This document shows positions 28,594 through 43,327 of a DNA stretch of 64,000 bases, one piece after another. The DNA comes from Thermoanaerobaculia bacterium (GTDB taxonomy: Bacteria > Acidobacteriota > Thermoanaerobaculia > UBA5066), in assembly GCA_963719225.1 (NCBI GenBank), contig CAVRAY010000001.1:1440001-1504000 (forward strand). The letters are read 5' to 3'. The position numbers and the translations under genes were made by a program. A model generated the notes under the pieces. It saw only the letters and a program-made list of their open reading frames with translations, was not told the DNA's origin and did not search any database. Each line of letters begins with the position of its first letter. Within the stretch, counting starts at the first letter, position 1.

Positions 28594-30710
28594 CTCGAGA
28601 TTCCAATCGACGTCGCGTCCGGGGCGCCTGTGGCGGCCGAGCGGGCGCGTGCTTTCGCGAGGAGGCGAGCGCGGAACGCCCCCGGCGGGATCTGGCCTTC
28701 GGAGAGGAACTCCTCGTGGAAACGCTTCTCGGAGAAAGCCGGGCCTTCGAATCCCTGGCATTCCTCCCGCAGGGAGAGGATGTCCGCCTTGCCCAGGTGA
28801 TATGTGATCGCCTGCGTGGGCCACTTCGAGTAGCGGAAGATCTCCCGGCGGGCCGAGGCGACCGCGGCGCGCTCGCCCGCGTCGGGATTCGACGCCGGAT
28901 CCGTCGAGACCGGCCCCCTCACGAAGACCACGTTCCGCGCGTAATACGTCACGGCGTCCTCGAACGACATGAACCCGCAGTGAATTCCCGTGTCGATCAC
29001 GACGCGGGCGTCCCGCAGGACCTGGTTCTGGAGCTGAAAGAAGCGCTCGTCCGGCGTGTAGAAACCGTCCGGAAGTCCGGTGCGAGGCTCTCCCACGAGG
29101 CGCTCGCAGTAGAACGCCCATCCCTCGGACGACATCGCGTCCTCCCACATCGAGGCGGAGTCCTCCACGCCGCCCGGGGTCAGCCAGCGGATCGCGGAGA
29201 TCGAGCCGGCCCTCGGACGCATGAACTGGTAGTACCAGTCGTGGCCGGGGAAACCCTCGTGCGCCGCGAGGCTCGCGACCGCCGCCCGTGCGTGCTCGCG
29301 AAGGGCCGCGGGGTCGTCGCCTGTCGGCGTCACGTAGAACTGTCCGACGCCTTCCTTCTTGAACGCAGGTGCGGGGTAATACGCGGCGTCGATCGTGTCG
29401 CGCAGCGGCGGGGGCGTGAAGACGACATCGAGGCGGTAATCGGCTGGCAGGTCGAACAGTCCCGTCTTCCGGCCGTACTCCACGAGCCGCTGGCACGCGA
29501 GCTGGTACCAGGACAGCATCTCGGCGTCGCTCTTCGGAACGTCGTTCCCGAGATACGCCATCACCCCCGCCGGCGAGGAGTCCTCGAGGCCGTGGTCCGC
29601 GGCGATGCGGCGCCCGAGAGCGGTCATCTCGGACAACGTCTCCGCAACGCGCGTCTTCCCGTACGCATGGAGCTCGCGCGGCGTGCGCGTCACGCGCAGG
29701 TTGTTCTTCAGCGCCCAGGAGTATTCGGCTTCGCCGGCCGCGAAGCGGTCCCTGTCGAACGCGGGCCTGAGCGCTTTTCCGTCGGGCTCGAAGAAGAGCT
29801 CGACGAGACCCTTGCGAAAATCCCGGAATGCCGCCGCGGCGGCGGCTTCCGCGGTCGAGAGTGAAGCTTTCGTGTCGGCGTCGAGGCCGGCGCCCCACGA
29901 TGCCGCTTTCTCCGCGAGAGCTTTTTCGAAGTACGCCGCCGTGGTCTCGGCCGCGTCGACCGCGGACCTGATGAGACGCCGGTCCGGGATCGCGTTCCCC
30001 GAAGAGCCTCGCCGGACGTTCGCGAGAGCGGTCTTCAGGTAGGCAGGTACTGCGGCGACGCGCGCCGCGAGGGCCTGCCACTCGGCCTTCGTTCCCCGGA
30101 CACCGCCCGTCCCGGCGGTCATGCCCTGCAGCGACCACTCGGCACCGCGGAGGGGCTCCTCGACGAAGACGTCGAGGGCCTTCTCGTGCACGCGCCGGTC
30201 GAGGTTGTGCACGAGGAACGCGAGCTGTGAATCCATCACGGAGGCGTCGATGCGGTCGGGCTCGGGAAGCGCCTCGAGGTCGACCTTCGAGAGGCGTGCC
30301 CGAAAACCGCTCCACGCCTCGCGCTCCGCGTGCAGGGCGGCAGGGGAATAGTCGCGAAGCCGTCCGTCCAGCGCCGCGTACGCGGGATCGAGTCCCTCGG
30401 CGCCGAGATACGTCGCGACGACCGGAAAGCGCTCGAGGAACTCCTTGACGTACTCCGACCTGAGGGCCGCAAATTCCGCGGGCTTAGGCGCCTTGTATTT
30501 TTTTGGCTTCGGAGGGGAGATGGGGGACTTCCGAGAATTCTGAGGAGGAGAGGCGACCGAGGATTTCTGAGAATGCGCGGGAGGCGCCGCGGCGACCAGG
30601 ACCGCAATCGCCGCGCCTGCCGCGCCCCGCGCCAACGCCGAAATCGTTGCAGGCCGTCCGCCCGGTCCCATTTCCATTCGAAGAAATCTGCAGACCCAGA
30701 GCTGAGACAT
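28590..30710 (-). CDS. DUF885 family secreted protein (putative metallopeptidase)
   Basis: AHEGFPGH, SEGWAFYCE, RVVIDTGIH, PTQAITYHLG, FHEEFL; signal-like segment; start uncertain. Confidence 0.88.
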   Translation of the reverse strand: MSQLWVCRFLRMEMGPGGRPATISALARGAAGAAIAVLVAAAPPAHSQKSSVASPPQNSRKSPISPPKPKKYKAPKPAEFAALRSEYVKEFLERFPVVATYLGAEGLDPAYAALDGRLRDYSPAALHAEREAWSGFRARLSKVDLEALPEPDRIDASVMDSQLAFLVHNLDRRVHEKALDVFVEEPLRGAEWSLQGMTAGTGGVRGTKAEWQALAARVAAVPAYLKTALANVRRGSSGNAIPDRRLIRSAVDAAETTAAYFEKALAEKAASWGAGLDADTKASLSTAEAAAAAAFRDFRKGLVELFFEPDGKALRPAFDRDRFAAGEAEYSWALKNNLRVTRTPRELHAYGKTRVAETLSEMTALGRRIAADHGLEDSSPAGVMAYLGNDVPKSDAEMLSWYQLACQRLVEYGRKTGLFDLPADYRLDVVFTPPPLRDTIDAAYYPAPAFKKEGVGQFYVTPTGDDPAALREHARAAVASLAAHEGFPGHDWYYQFMRPRAGSISAIRWLTPGGVEDSASMWEDAMSSEGWAFYCERLVGEPRTGLPDGFYTPDERFFQLQNQVLRDARVVIDTGIHCGFMSFEDAVTYYARNVVFVRGPVSTDPASNPDAGERAAVASARREIFRYSKWPTQAITYHLGKADILSLREECQGFEGPAFSEKRFHEEFLSEGQIPPGAFRARLLAKARARSAATGAPDATSIGISR

Positions 30711-30738
30711 CGTCTCTTTAGACTATCCTAGGGGCGGC

Positions 30739-32532
30739 ATGAAGATCCTCTTCACGATGCTCAAGGAGGAGAACATCGACCCTCTGAACGTCGAGCTCCT
30801 CTCGGCGCTCGCGAAGCAGGGGGGGCACGAGACGTTCCTGTCCGTCCTCGAGCACGGAGAGCTGGAGCGCGACCTCAAGGCGATCCGCCCCGACGTCGTG
30901 GCGTTCAGCGCGAAGACGGGCGAGAGCAACGTGATGTTCGACGTCGCTCGGGAGATCAAGGGCTCGTTCGGCGACGACGTCCTCACGATCATGGGCGGCC
31001 CCCACCCCACGTTCAACTATTCGCGCATGCGCCTCCGCGGCGAGACGCTGGCCGCGCCGCTGCCCCGTCCGGGCGCGCAGGCCCTTCCGGTCGAAGAGAC
31101 GCACATGGACTACCTCGCCGTCGGGGAAGCCGACGAGGCGTGGCCCGAGCTCCTCTCGCGCCTCGCCTCGGGCGCTCAGCCCGACGACGTGCCGGGCATC
31201 GTCACGCGGGGAAACCGGCGCGCCGACGGCACGATTGCGCTGAGGGATCGCGCGAACTTCCTCGACGACCTGCCGTTTCACGACCGGGCCCTCGTGTACG
31301 ACAAGACGCAGCTCAAATACTTCGGGATGCGGACGTTCATCTCGCAGCGCGGCTGCCCCTATCCCTGCACGTACTGCTTCAACGCGAAGTTCAACGAGCT
31401 CTACAAGCGCAAAGGAAAGACGATCAACCGGTACAGCGTCGACAGGCTCCTCGAGGAGCTGCTCGACATCAAGCGGAACTACGACACGCAGTTCATCAAG
31501 TTCTACGACGACATGTTCGTCTTCCACGCCGACGACTGGCTGCGCGAGTTCTCGGAGAAGTATCCGAAGGTCATCGGCGTGCCGTTCCACTGCCTCACCC
31601 GGTGCGACCTCGTCCACAAGGATCCGGAGATGATCGACCTGATGAAGGCCGCCGGCCTTCACTCGATCACGATGTCTATCGAATCCGGAAACGACTTCGT
31701 GCGGCGACACACGTTCAAGCGCACGATGACCGAGGAGGAGATCCGGTTCGCGTTCGATTATTGCGCCAGGAAAGGCGTGAAGACGTTCTCGAACACGATT
31801 CTCGCGATCCCAGCTCCCGTGATCCCGAAGGTGGACGATCCCCGCTTCGAGGAGAAAGCGGCAGGCGTCGTCTCGCACCTCGCGACGCACTTCCCGCGCA
31901 TCAAGCGCGAGCCGTTCGAGAGCGTCCTCGCGGGTGGGGCCGCGCTCGCGCCCCCCGCGCGCCGCGAGCTCACGGACCGGCTCCAGGCGCTCGGACTCCG
32001 GCACGACGCCATCGACTACGACATCGAGTCGCTCGACATCAACGTCAACTGCCGCGTCACGTCGGGCGAGTTCGTCATGCTCAGCCCGTATCCCGGAACG
32101 CCCCTGACCGACTACACGATCGCGATCGGGGCCTTCGACGGGGATTACGAGAAGCTCCACGAGACGTTCCAGTCGCAGTCGCCCTTCGGTTGCTTCACCG
32201 AGGAAGAGAAGATGAAGCAGCTCAACATCTCGTTCCTCGGCGTGTTCCTCCTCGTCTTCCCGGGACTGAGAAACTTCGCGGTGAAGCATCTCGTGAAGCG
32301 GCCGTGGACGCGCCTCTACTTCCTGCTCTATTTCCTCGTACGCGGCTACGTCCTCGGCATGCGCATCTATCCGATGCGGTATACGTTCCGCCAGCTTCTC
32401 GGGAAGGTGCGGGCGAGCTTCACCCGCGAGCTGACGAAGCATTTCGTGGACGAGGGCAGGAAGTTCAACAAGAAGCGCCGCCTCGTGCTCGCGCCCGCGT
32501 CGGACGTTCTCGGCGGGCCCTGGAAAGGCTAG
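30739..32532 (+). CDS. B12-binding radical SAM protein
   Basis: N-terminal cobalamin domain (MGGPHPT, GEAD), QRGCPYPCTYC cluster motif, FYDDMF, IESG. Confidence 0.9.
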   Translation: MKILFTMLKEENIDPLNVELLSALAKQGGHETFLSVLEHGELERDLKAIRPDVVAFSAKTGESNVMFDVAREIKGSFGDDVLTIMGGPHPTFNYSRMRLRGETLAAPLPRPGAQALPVEETHMDYLAVGEADEAWPELLSRLASGAQPDDVPGIVTRGNRRADGTIALRDRANFLDDLPFHDRALVYDKTQLKYFGMRTFISQRGCPYPCTYCFNAKFNELYKRKGKTINRYSVDRLLEELLDIKRNYDTQFIKFYDDMFVFHADDWLREFSEKYPKVIGVPFHCLTRCDLVHKDPEMIDLMKAAGLHSITMSIESGNDFVRRHTFKRTMTEEEIRFAFDYCARKGVKTFSNTILAIPAPVIPKVDDPRFEEKAAGVVSHLATHFPRIKREPFESVLAGGAALAPPARRELTDRLQALGLRHDAIDYDIESLDINVNCRVTSGEFVMLSPYPGTPLTDYTIAIGAFDGDYEKLHETFQSQSPFGCFTEEEKMKQLNISFLGVFLLVFPGLRNFAVKHLVKRPWTRLYFLLYFLVRGYVLGMRIYPMRYTFRQLLGKVRASFTRELTKHFVDEGRKFNKKRRLVLAPASDVLGGPWKG

Positions 32533-33542
32533 CGCGCGCCGGGCCGGGCGAGAACGAAGAGTCCGGCCGTTCCCGCGGCCAGAGTCGCGAGGAGATGCAC
32601 GACGACGCCGCTCACCGCCCCCGCCGCGAGAGAGACGCCGTCGAGCGCGAGCGCCGCCATCCAGCCTGACTCGGCCGTGCCGAATGTCCCGGCGGGCGAC
32701 GGGACGAGCGCCGCGGCGACGGTGGCCGTGATCGTCGCGAAGGCGAGCGCCGCGAAGCCCACGTCGATCCCGAGGCCCGCCATCGTGAGCCGAAGCCCGA
32801 CGATGTGCGCCGCGAGGAACGCGATCGAGAGAAGACATGCCGACGCATAGGCGAGGCGGTCGCGCCGCGCCACGGCGAGGCCGCCCCTGACGTCCTCGAG
32901 AACGCGCTCGAATCGCGAGCCTTTTTGCGCGCGAGACGAAAGGGCGTCGAGAACCGCTCCGCCCGCCTCCGGGAGAAGGGCGAGGCCGGCGAGAAGGACG
33001 CAGAAGAGTCCGGCGGCCCACGGGCTTCCCGCCACGCGGTGTCGCAGGAGGACGACCGTTCCTCCTGCGAGGCCCACGAGGACGGCGGAGGCCGTGTCGA
33101 TCAGCTTGACGAGGACGAAGACCCCGCCCGAACGCGACCACGAGACTCCGAGCTCGCGATGTACGAGCCCGAGCGACGCCACGTCGCCGCCCCGGAACGG
33201 AACGACCTGCACGAGGAAATGCGTGGCGCCGGAGAGGCCGAAAGCCCGAGCCGGCGGGATCCGCTCGTTCTTCGGAAGCAGAAAGTTCAGGCGGCCGGCC
33301 CGAAGCGCGTGGGAGGCGAAAAACACCGCGAAGCCGGCGAGGAGCAGCGCAGGATCGGCGTGCCGGAGACTTTCGAGGGCGCCGGGGGGAGCGCGTCGGA
33401 TCGCAAGGACGAACAGTACGGCCAGCGCGGTCGTGAAGAGAAGACCGAAGAGTTTCTTAGAAAGGGTGAGAGGGGCGCGGCGCGGGGAAGTCGCCTCGGA
33501 ATCCTGCTGCGCCGGTGCCGCGGCGGGCATGAGTTCATTCAC
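32529..33542 (-). CDS. Lysylphosphatidylglycerol synthase TM / flippase-like protein (UPF0104)
   Basis: Multi-TM; LRA.R, VPFRGGD, PSPAGTFGTAE motifs. Confidence 0.8.
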   Translation of the reverse strand: MNELMPAAAPAQQDSEATSPRRAPLTLSKKLFGLLFTTALAVLFVLAIRRAPPGALESLRHADPALLLAGFAVFFASHALRAGRLNFLLPKNERIPPARAFGLSGATHFLVQVVPFRGGDVASLGLVHRELGVSWSRSGGVFVLVKLIDTASAVLVGLAGGTVVLLRHRVAGSPWAAGLFCVLLAGLALLPEAGGAVLDALSSRAQKGSRFERVLEDVRGGLAVARRDRLAYASACLLSIAFLAAHIVGLRLTMAGLGIDVGFAALAFATITATVAAALVPSPAGTFGTAESGWMAALALDGVSLAAGAVSGVVVHLLATLAAGTAGLFVLARPGAR

Positions 33543-33578
33543 CTTCTAAGAATTTCCTCTTCTTCTTCCCTCTTCCCC
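33448..33578. repeat. Inverted pair of dispersed motif across a gene junction
   Basis: GAGTTTCTTAGAAAGGGTGAGAGGGGC (+) and revcomp GAAATTCTTAGAAGGTGAATG (-). Confidence 0.7.
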
Positions 33579-34513
33579 GACTCCCGGCGGCGCTTCTCGA
33601 GCACCAGCTCCTCGAGGAGGGTGCGGTTGATGGAGATGAGGTCCGCGAGGAGCCCCGAAAGCACGCAGACGACGGCCGCGACGAAGAGCACGGCCGCGAG
33701 GAGAAGCGACTGGATGTGGCCCGCCGGGTTGTGGTCCGCCACGACGAGGTAGACGTAGCGCCCGACGAGCGCGAGGCCGGCGGCGGCGAGGAGCGACGCG
33801 CAGCCGAAGAAGACGGGTAGCGGCTTGTACAGAGCCGTGATGCGCAGGATGTTCGCGCCCTGCACGAGCACGTAGTTCGTCGAGCGCCGGATGAGGCGCG
33901 ACGGCCGCACGGGCGGGTTCGTGCGCACCGGGACCGAGGCGACGGCGATCTCCTTGTTACCGGCCTGGATGAGCGTCTCGAGCGTGTACGTCATTCTCGA
34001 GAAGACGTTGAGCCGAAGAGCGGCCTCACGGGTGAGGGCGCGGAAGCCCGAGGTCGCGTCCGGCACCTCCGTTCCCGAGGCGCGCCGCACCACCCACGAG
34101 CCGAAGCGCTGGGTCAGACGCTTGCCGGGAGAGAAATCCGGCTTCGTCGCGACGCCGCGGTCGCCCACGACGATCTCGGCTTCGCCTTTGAGGAGGGGCG
34201 CCACGAGGGTCTCGACGTCGGCCGCCGCGTACTGTCGGTCCGCGTCCGTCGAGACGATGACGTCGGCTCCGAGGCGCAGGGCCGCGTCGAGGCCCGCGCG
34301 CCACGCGAACGCGAGGCCGCGATGGATCGGAAGCCGCACGACGTGGTCGGCGCCCGCCCGACGCGCGGCCTCTGAGGTCCCGTCGGTGGAGCCGTCGTCC
34401 ACGACCAGGGTTTCCACGACGTCGAAGCCCTGCACCCGGCGCGGCAGCTCCGCGAGGGCCGCGCCGAGCTGCTCCGCCTCGTCCCAGGCGGGAATCTGGA
34501 TGACGAGCTTCAT
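33539..34513 (-). CDS. Glycosyltransferase family 2 (DPM1/GtrB-like)
   Basis: IQIPAWDE, VDDGSTDGT, TDAD, DATSGFRA, two C-terminal TM helices. Confidence 0.92.
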   Translation of the reverse strand: MKLVIQIPAWDEAEQLGAALAELPRRVQGFDVVETLVVDDGSTDGTSEAARRAGADHVVRLPIHRGLAFAWRAGLDAALRLGADVIVSTDADRQYAAADVETLVAPLLKGEAEIVVGDRGVATKPDFSPGKRLTQRFGSWVVRRASGTEVPDATSGFRALTREAALRLNVFSRMTYTLETLIQAGNKEIAVASVPVRTNPPVRPSRLIRRSTNYVLVQGANILRITALYKPLPVFFGCASLLAAAGLALVGRYVYLVVADHNPAGHIQSLLLAAVLFVAAVVCVLSGLLADLISINRTLLEELVLEKRRRESGKREEEEEILRR

Positions 34514-34576
34514 GGCGTGCCTGCAAGAGGTTAGCAGGGGACCGTGATATGACGGCCCCCTCATCAGGAGGTCGAT

Positions 34577-34837
34577 ATGAGCTATCCCGACGAAAAAGAA
34601 AACGAGCCGGATTTCTCGGACGTCACGAGCGGCAGCTCGAGCACAGCGGGCGCGCCCGCGGGCGAGACCGTCACCCGGACGTACACGGTCGTCTCGGGCG
34701 ACAGCCTGTCGAAGATCGCGAAGAGGATCTACGGCGACGCGAACCGCTGGAAGGAGATCTGGGAGGCCAACAAGGACAAGGTCAAGAACCCCGACCTCAT
34801 TCACCCCGGCCAGGAACTGAAGATTCCGGGCGCCTGA
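34577..34837 (+). CDS. LysM peptidoglycan-binding protein
   Basis: YTVVSGDSLSKIAK..YG...W..I..AN...NPDLIHPGQ; AGGAGG RBS. Confidence 0.92.
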   Translation: MSYPDEKENEPDFSDVTSGSSSTAGAPAGETVTRTYTVVSGDSLSKIAKRIYGDANRWKEIWEANKDKVKNPDLIHPGQELKIPGA

Positions 34838-34854
34838 TCAACAAGGAGATGACG

Positions 34855-35319
34855 ATGAGAAACCGCTTTGCCCTGCCCGTGCTCGTTTTCGTCGCGACCG
34901 TCTCGCTCGCCGCTTGCGCGAAGAAAGAGCCCCCAGCGCCGGCGCCGACGCCCGTGCCGGTCCCGACGGCCGTGCCCACGCCCGTTCCGTTCAAGGTCGC
35001 GTCGGTCGACCTCGGGAAGTCCATCGGGGACGACAAGAAGATCAAGGACGCCGCGACGGCGTTCGGTCCCAAGGACACGATCTACGCAGTCGTCTCGACC
35101 GAGGGTGTCGCCGCGAAGGCCACGCTCAAGGCGCGCTGGACGTTTGGCGCGAAGGGGACGCTCGTGAACGAGGAAGCGCGCGACATCGCGCCGACGGGAC
35201 CCGCCGCCACGGAATTTCACATCGCGAAGGCCTCGGGCTGGCCGGTGGGCCATTACAAGGTCGAGATCTCGGCCGACGGGACGGTCGCCGCAACGAAGGA
35301 GTTCGACGTCAAGAAGTAG
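34855..35319 (+). CDS. Lipoprotein, Pro-rich linker plus beta-sandwich domain
   Basis: Lipobox LAAC; PT-rich linker; WPVGHYKVEI. Confidence 0.8.
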   Translation: MRNRFALPVLVFVATVSLAACAKKEPPAPAPTPVPVPTAVPTPVPFKVASVDLGKSIGDDKKIKDAATAFGPKDTIYAVVSTEGVAAKATLKARWTFGAKGTLVNEEARDIAPTGPAATEFHIAKASGWPVGHYKVEISADGTVAATKEFDVKK

Positions 35320-35339
35320 ACCGCGCGTTTCGGTGAGAG

Positions 35340-35373
35340 GAAGGGGTGCGACGGTCTGAGTCGCGCCCCTTTC
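35340..35373 (+). terminator. Stem-loop, possible terminator
   Basis: AAGGGGTGCGAC...GTCGCGCCCCTTT. Confidence 0.45.
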
Positions 35374-35393
35374 CGTCGGCGGGAGGTCGCCCG

Positions 35394-36800
35394 ATGAAGA
35401 GAATCCTCCGGATCCTGCCCATTGCCCTCGGCCTGGCCGCCGCGTCCGCCTTCGCGCAGGAGGGGCCGCCCAGGGAAAGTCGTTCCTTTCGCGAGCCGGA
35501 CCTCGTGGAGATCGTGCGGCTCGATCCGACCATTCGGCTCGACGTCCGGTACGCGACTTCGAAGAACCTTCTCGGCCGTCCCGTGTATGCCGAGGCGCGT
35601 GCGTTCCTCCAGCGCCCGGCCGCCGAGGCGCTCGTGCGCGTGAACCGCGCGCTGAAGGAGAAGGGATACGGGCTCATGATCTTCGACGGCTACCGGCCCT
35701 GGGCGGTCACGAAGCTGTTCTGGGACGCGACGCCGGCCGACAAGAAGATCTTCGTCGCCGACCCGAAGAAGGGCTCGCGGCACAACAGGGGCTGCGCCGT
35801 CGACCTCTCGCTTTACGAGCTCGCAACGGGGCGTGAGGCCGACATGGGCGGCGCTTACGACGAGATGTCGGCGCGCTCGTACCCGACCTGGGACAAGGGG
35901 ACCAGAGAAGTCCTCGCCCGCCGGGCCCTCCTCGCCGCCGCGATGGAAAAAGAGGGTTTCTTCGAATATGTGGCCGAGTGGTGGCACTTCGACTACAAGG
36001 ACTGGCTCGAGTATCCGATTCTGGACGTTCCGTTCACGGCTCTCGGAGCACCGAGGGCCGCGTTCAGCGAAGTCCTGAACCTGCGTCAGGCGCACGTCGT
36101 CGATCTCACGCACTCCTTCGACGAGAAGACGCTCTACTGGCCGACCTCGCCTTCCGCCTTCGAGCTGAAGACGCTCGCGAAGGGAACGACCCCCGGCGGC
36201 TGGTTTTATTCGTCGAATTCGTTTTGCACGCCCGAGCACGGCGGAACGCATCTCGACGCGCCCGTACACTTCTCGGCGGCGGGGGAGAGCGCCGACAAGG
36301 TGCCGGTCCGGAAGCTCGTCGCTCCGGCGGTCGTTCTCGACGTGACGGCCAAGGCGGCGCAGGACCCGGATTACCGGCTCACGGCCGCGGACGTGAAGGA
36401 CTGGGAGGCGGCGCACGGTGCGATTCCGCGCGGCGCGATCGTCCTGCTCAGGACCGGGTGGTCGGCGCGCTGGCCGGACCGCAAGCGCTATTTCGGCGAC
36501 GACACGCCGAACGACGCGTCACATCTCCACTTTCCCTCCTACGGGAAGGAGGCGGCGGAATTCCTCGTTCGGGAGCGCGCGGTCGGAGCGCTCGGCGTCG
36601 ACACGGCCTCCATCGATTACGGTCCCTCGCAGGACTTCCCCGTCCACCGCATCGCGGCGGCCGCCCAGGTCCCCGGGCTCGAAAACCTCACCGGCCTCGG
36701 GGAGCTTCCCGAGACCGGTGCGTGGCTCGTCGCGTTGCCGATGAAGATCGCCGGAGGCTCAGGCGGCCCGCTGAGGGTCGTGGCGCTCGTCGGAGACTGA
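35394..36800 (+). CDS. Fusion: M15D D-Ala-D-Ala dipeptidase (VanX/DdpX) + cyclase/kynurenine formamidase domain
   Basis: Signal peptide; FDGYRP, SRHNRGCAVDL, EWWHFD; then EHGGTHLDAP, LLRTGW, DTASID, GLENL, GSGGP. Confidence 0.85.
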   Translation: MKRILRILPIALGLAAASAFAQEGPPRESRSFREPDLVEIVRLDPTIRLDVRYATSKNLLGRPVYAEARAFLQRPAAEALVRVNRALKEKGYGLMIFDGYRPWAVTKLFWDATPADKKIFVADPKKGSRHNRGCAVDLSLYELATGREADMGGAYDEMSARSYPTWDKGTREVLARRALLAAAMEKEGFFEYVAEWWHFDYKDWLEYPILDVPFTALGAPRAAFSEVLNLRQAHVVDLTHSFDEKTLYWPTSPSAFELKTLAKGTTPGGWFYSSNSFCTPEHGGTHLDAPVHFSAAGESADKVPVRKLVAPAVVLDVTAKAAQDPDYRLTAADVKDWEAAHGAIPRGAIVLLRTGWSARWPDRKRYFGDDTPNDASHLHFPSYGKEAAEFLVRERAVGALGVDTASIDYGPSQDFPVHRIAAAAQVPGLENLTGLGELPETGAWLVALPMKIAGGSGGPLRVVALVGD

Positions 36801-37267
36801 TGGCCACGCTGCGCCAGCGCCTGATGATCCGGCTGGTGAGCCTCTACCCGCCGTACGTCGGCGCGGGGATCCGGGTCTCGTATCCGAAGGACGATCCGCA
36901 TCGGATCGTCGTGCGGATGGGGCTCCACTGGTGGAACCAGAACCTCTTCGGCACGCAGTTCGGCGGCTCGATGTACTCGATGTGCGATCCGCACTTCGTC
37001 TTCATCGTCACGAAGAACCTCGGACCCGGCTACGTCGTGTGGGACAAGGCCGCCCAGATCGAGTTCCTGAAGCCGGGACGCGGCGCGGTCAGGGCGACCT
37101 TCGTCGTTCCGCCGGAGAAGATAGAGGAGATCCGCGCGGCCGCCGACCGGGGAGAAAAAGTCGAGCCCGTCTTCGCGGCCGACGTCGTCGCGGAAGCCGG
37201 CGGCGAGGTCGTCGCACGCGTCACGAAGCGACTCTGGGTGAGAAAGAAGGATCCCTCTAGAACTTGA
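36800..37267 (+). CDS. DUF4442 hot-dog fold protein
   Basis: YPPYVGAGIRV, NLFGTQFGGSMYSMCDP, VWDKAAQIEF. Confidence 0.85.
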   Translation: MATLRQRLMIRLVSLYPPYVGAGIRVSYPKDDPHRIVVRMGLHWWNQNLFGTQFGGSMYSMCDPHFVFIVTKNLGPGYVVWDKAAQIEFLKPGRGAVRATFVVPPEKIEEIRAAADRGEKVEPVFAADVVAEAGGEVVARVTKRLWVRKKDPSRT

Positions 37268-37457
37268 AGTTGAGGCCGGCCGTCCCGTGCCAGAAGTCGG
37301 CTTTCGGGTTGTTGTTGTAACGGTCGCGGATCGTGTCGATGGAGTCGACGCCGATGAAAACATAGCGGACGTCGACGTGGAGTGCTCGGGCGGGTTTCGA
37401 GGCAAGGAACACAACCGCGGCGCCGAACGCAAGAAGAGTCTTTCTGGAAAAATTCAC
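37257..37457 (-). CDS. 66-aa ORF: signal peptide + C-terminal outer-membrane beta-hairpin
   Basis: VNFSRKTLLAFGAAVVFLASKPARA-LHVDVRYVF...WHGTAGLNFKF; terminal Phe beta-signal. Confidence 0.5.
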   Translation of the reverse strand: MNFSRKTLLAFGAAVVFLASKPARALHVDVRYVFIGVDSIDTIRDRYNNNPKADFWHGTAGLNFKF

Positions 37458-37501
37458 AGTCCGAGCCTTCCACGGTCTGTGGAGCAAGTTCTCTGCCCGA
37501 C

Positions 37502-42852
<5,351 letters not shown>

Positions 42853-43040
42853 AGTCCGCACCCGTCGAACGCGCGCGGGCGAGGGCCGGAGCGACCTCGC
42901 TGTGCTATCCTCCGCCGCTCCGGCCGAAACGCCGGAACTGCTCTTTGGAGAAGACGATCCGGGTCGAGGTCGGGGCTCATAAGACGTTCTAGCGGACGGC
43001 CCCCGGCGGCAGCCCTCGGAGAGAATTGGCGAGCGTTTGC

Positions 43041-43115
<75 letters not shown>

Positions 43116-43155
43116 TCGCCGTTCTCTCTCGTGCCGCCGCCCAGAAGCCGCTCGA

Positions 43156-43231
43156 AGGCGCTTAGCTCAGTCGGTAGAGCACTTCCTTCACACGGAAGGG
43201 GTCAGCGGTTCGAGTCCGCTAGCGCCTACCA
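43156..43231 (+). tRNA. tRNA-Val(CAC)
   Basis: CTTCC-TTCACAC-GGAAG anticodon arm, GGTTCGAG T-loop, encoded CCA. Confidence 0.95.
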
Positions 43232-43327
43232 ACCTCTTTCGCCCCCAAGAGACCCGTTCGTGAATTTCTTTCTTGTTCGGAAGAACGAAGAGAAGACGAT
43301 TTTTCTGAGAAGGGAAGAGGGTTTGGT

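Noticed and set aside
35394-36040. Vancomycin resistance (vanX)
   Set aside because: No vanH/vanA/vanRS; exported fusion protein.
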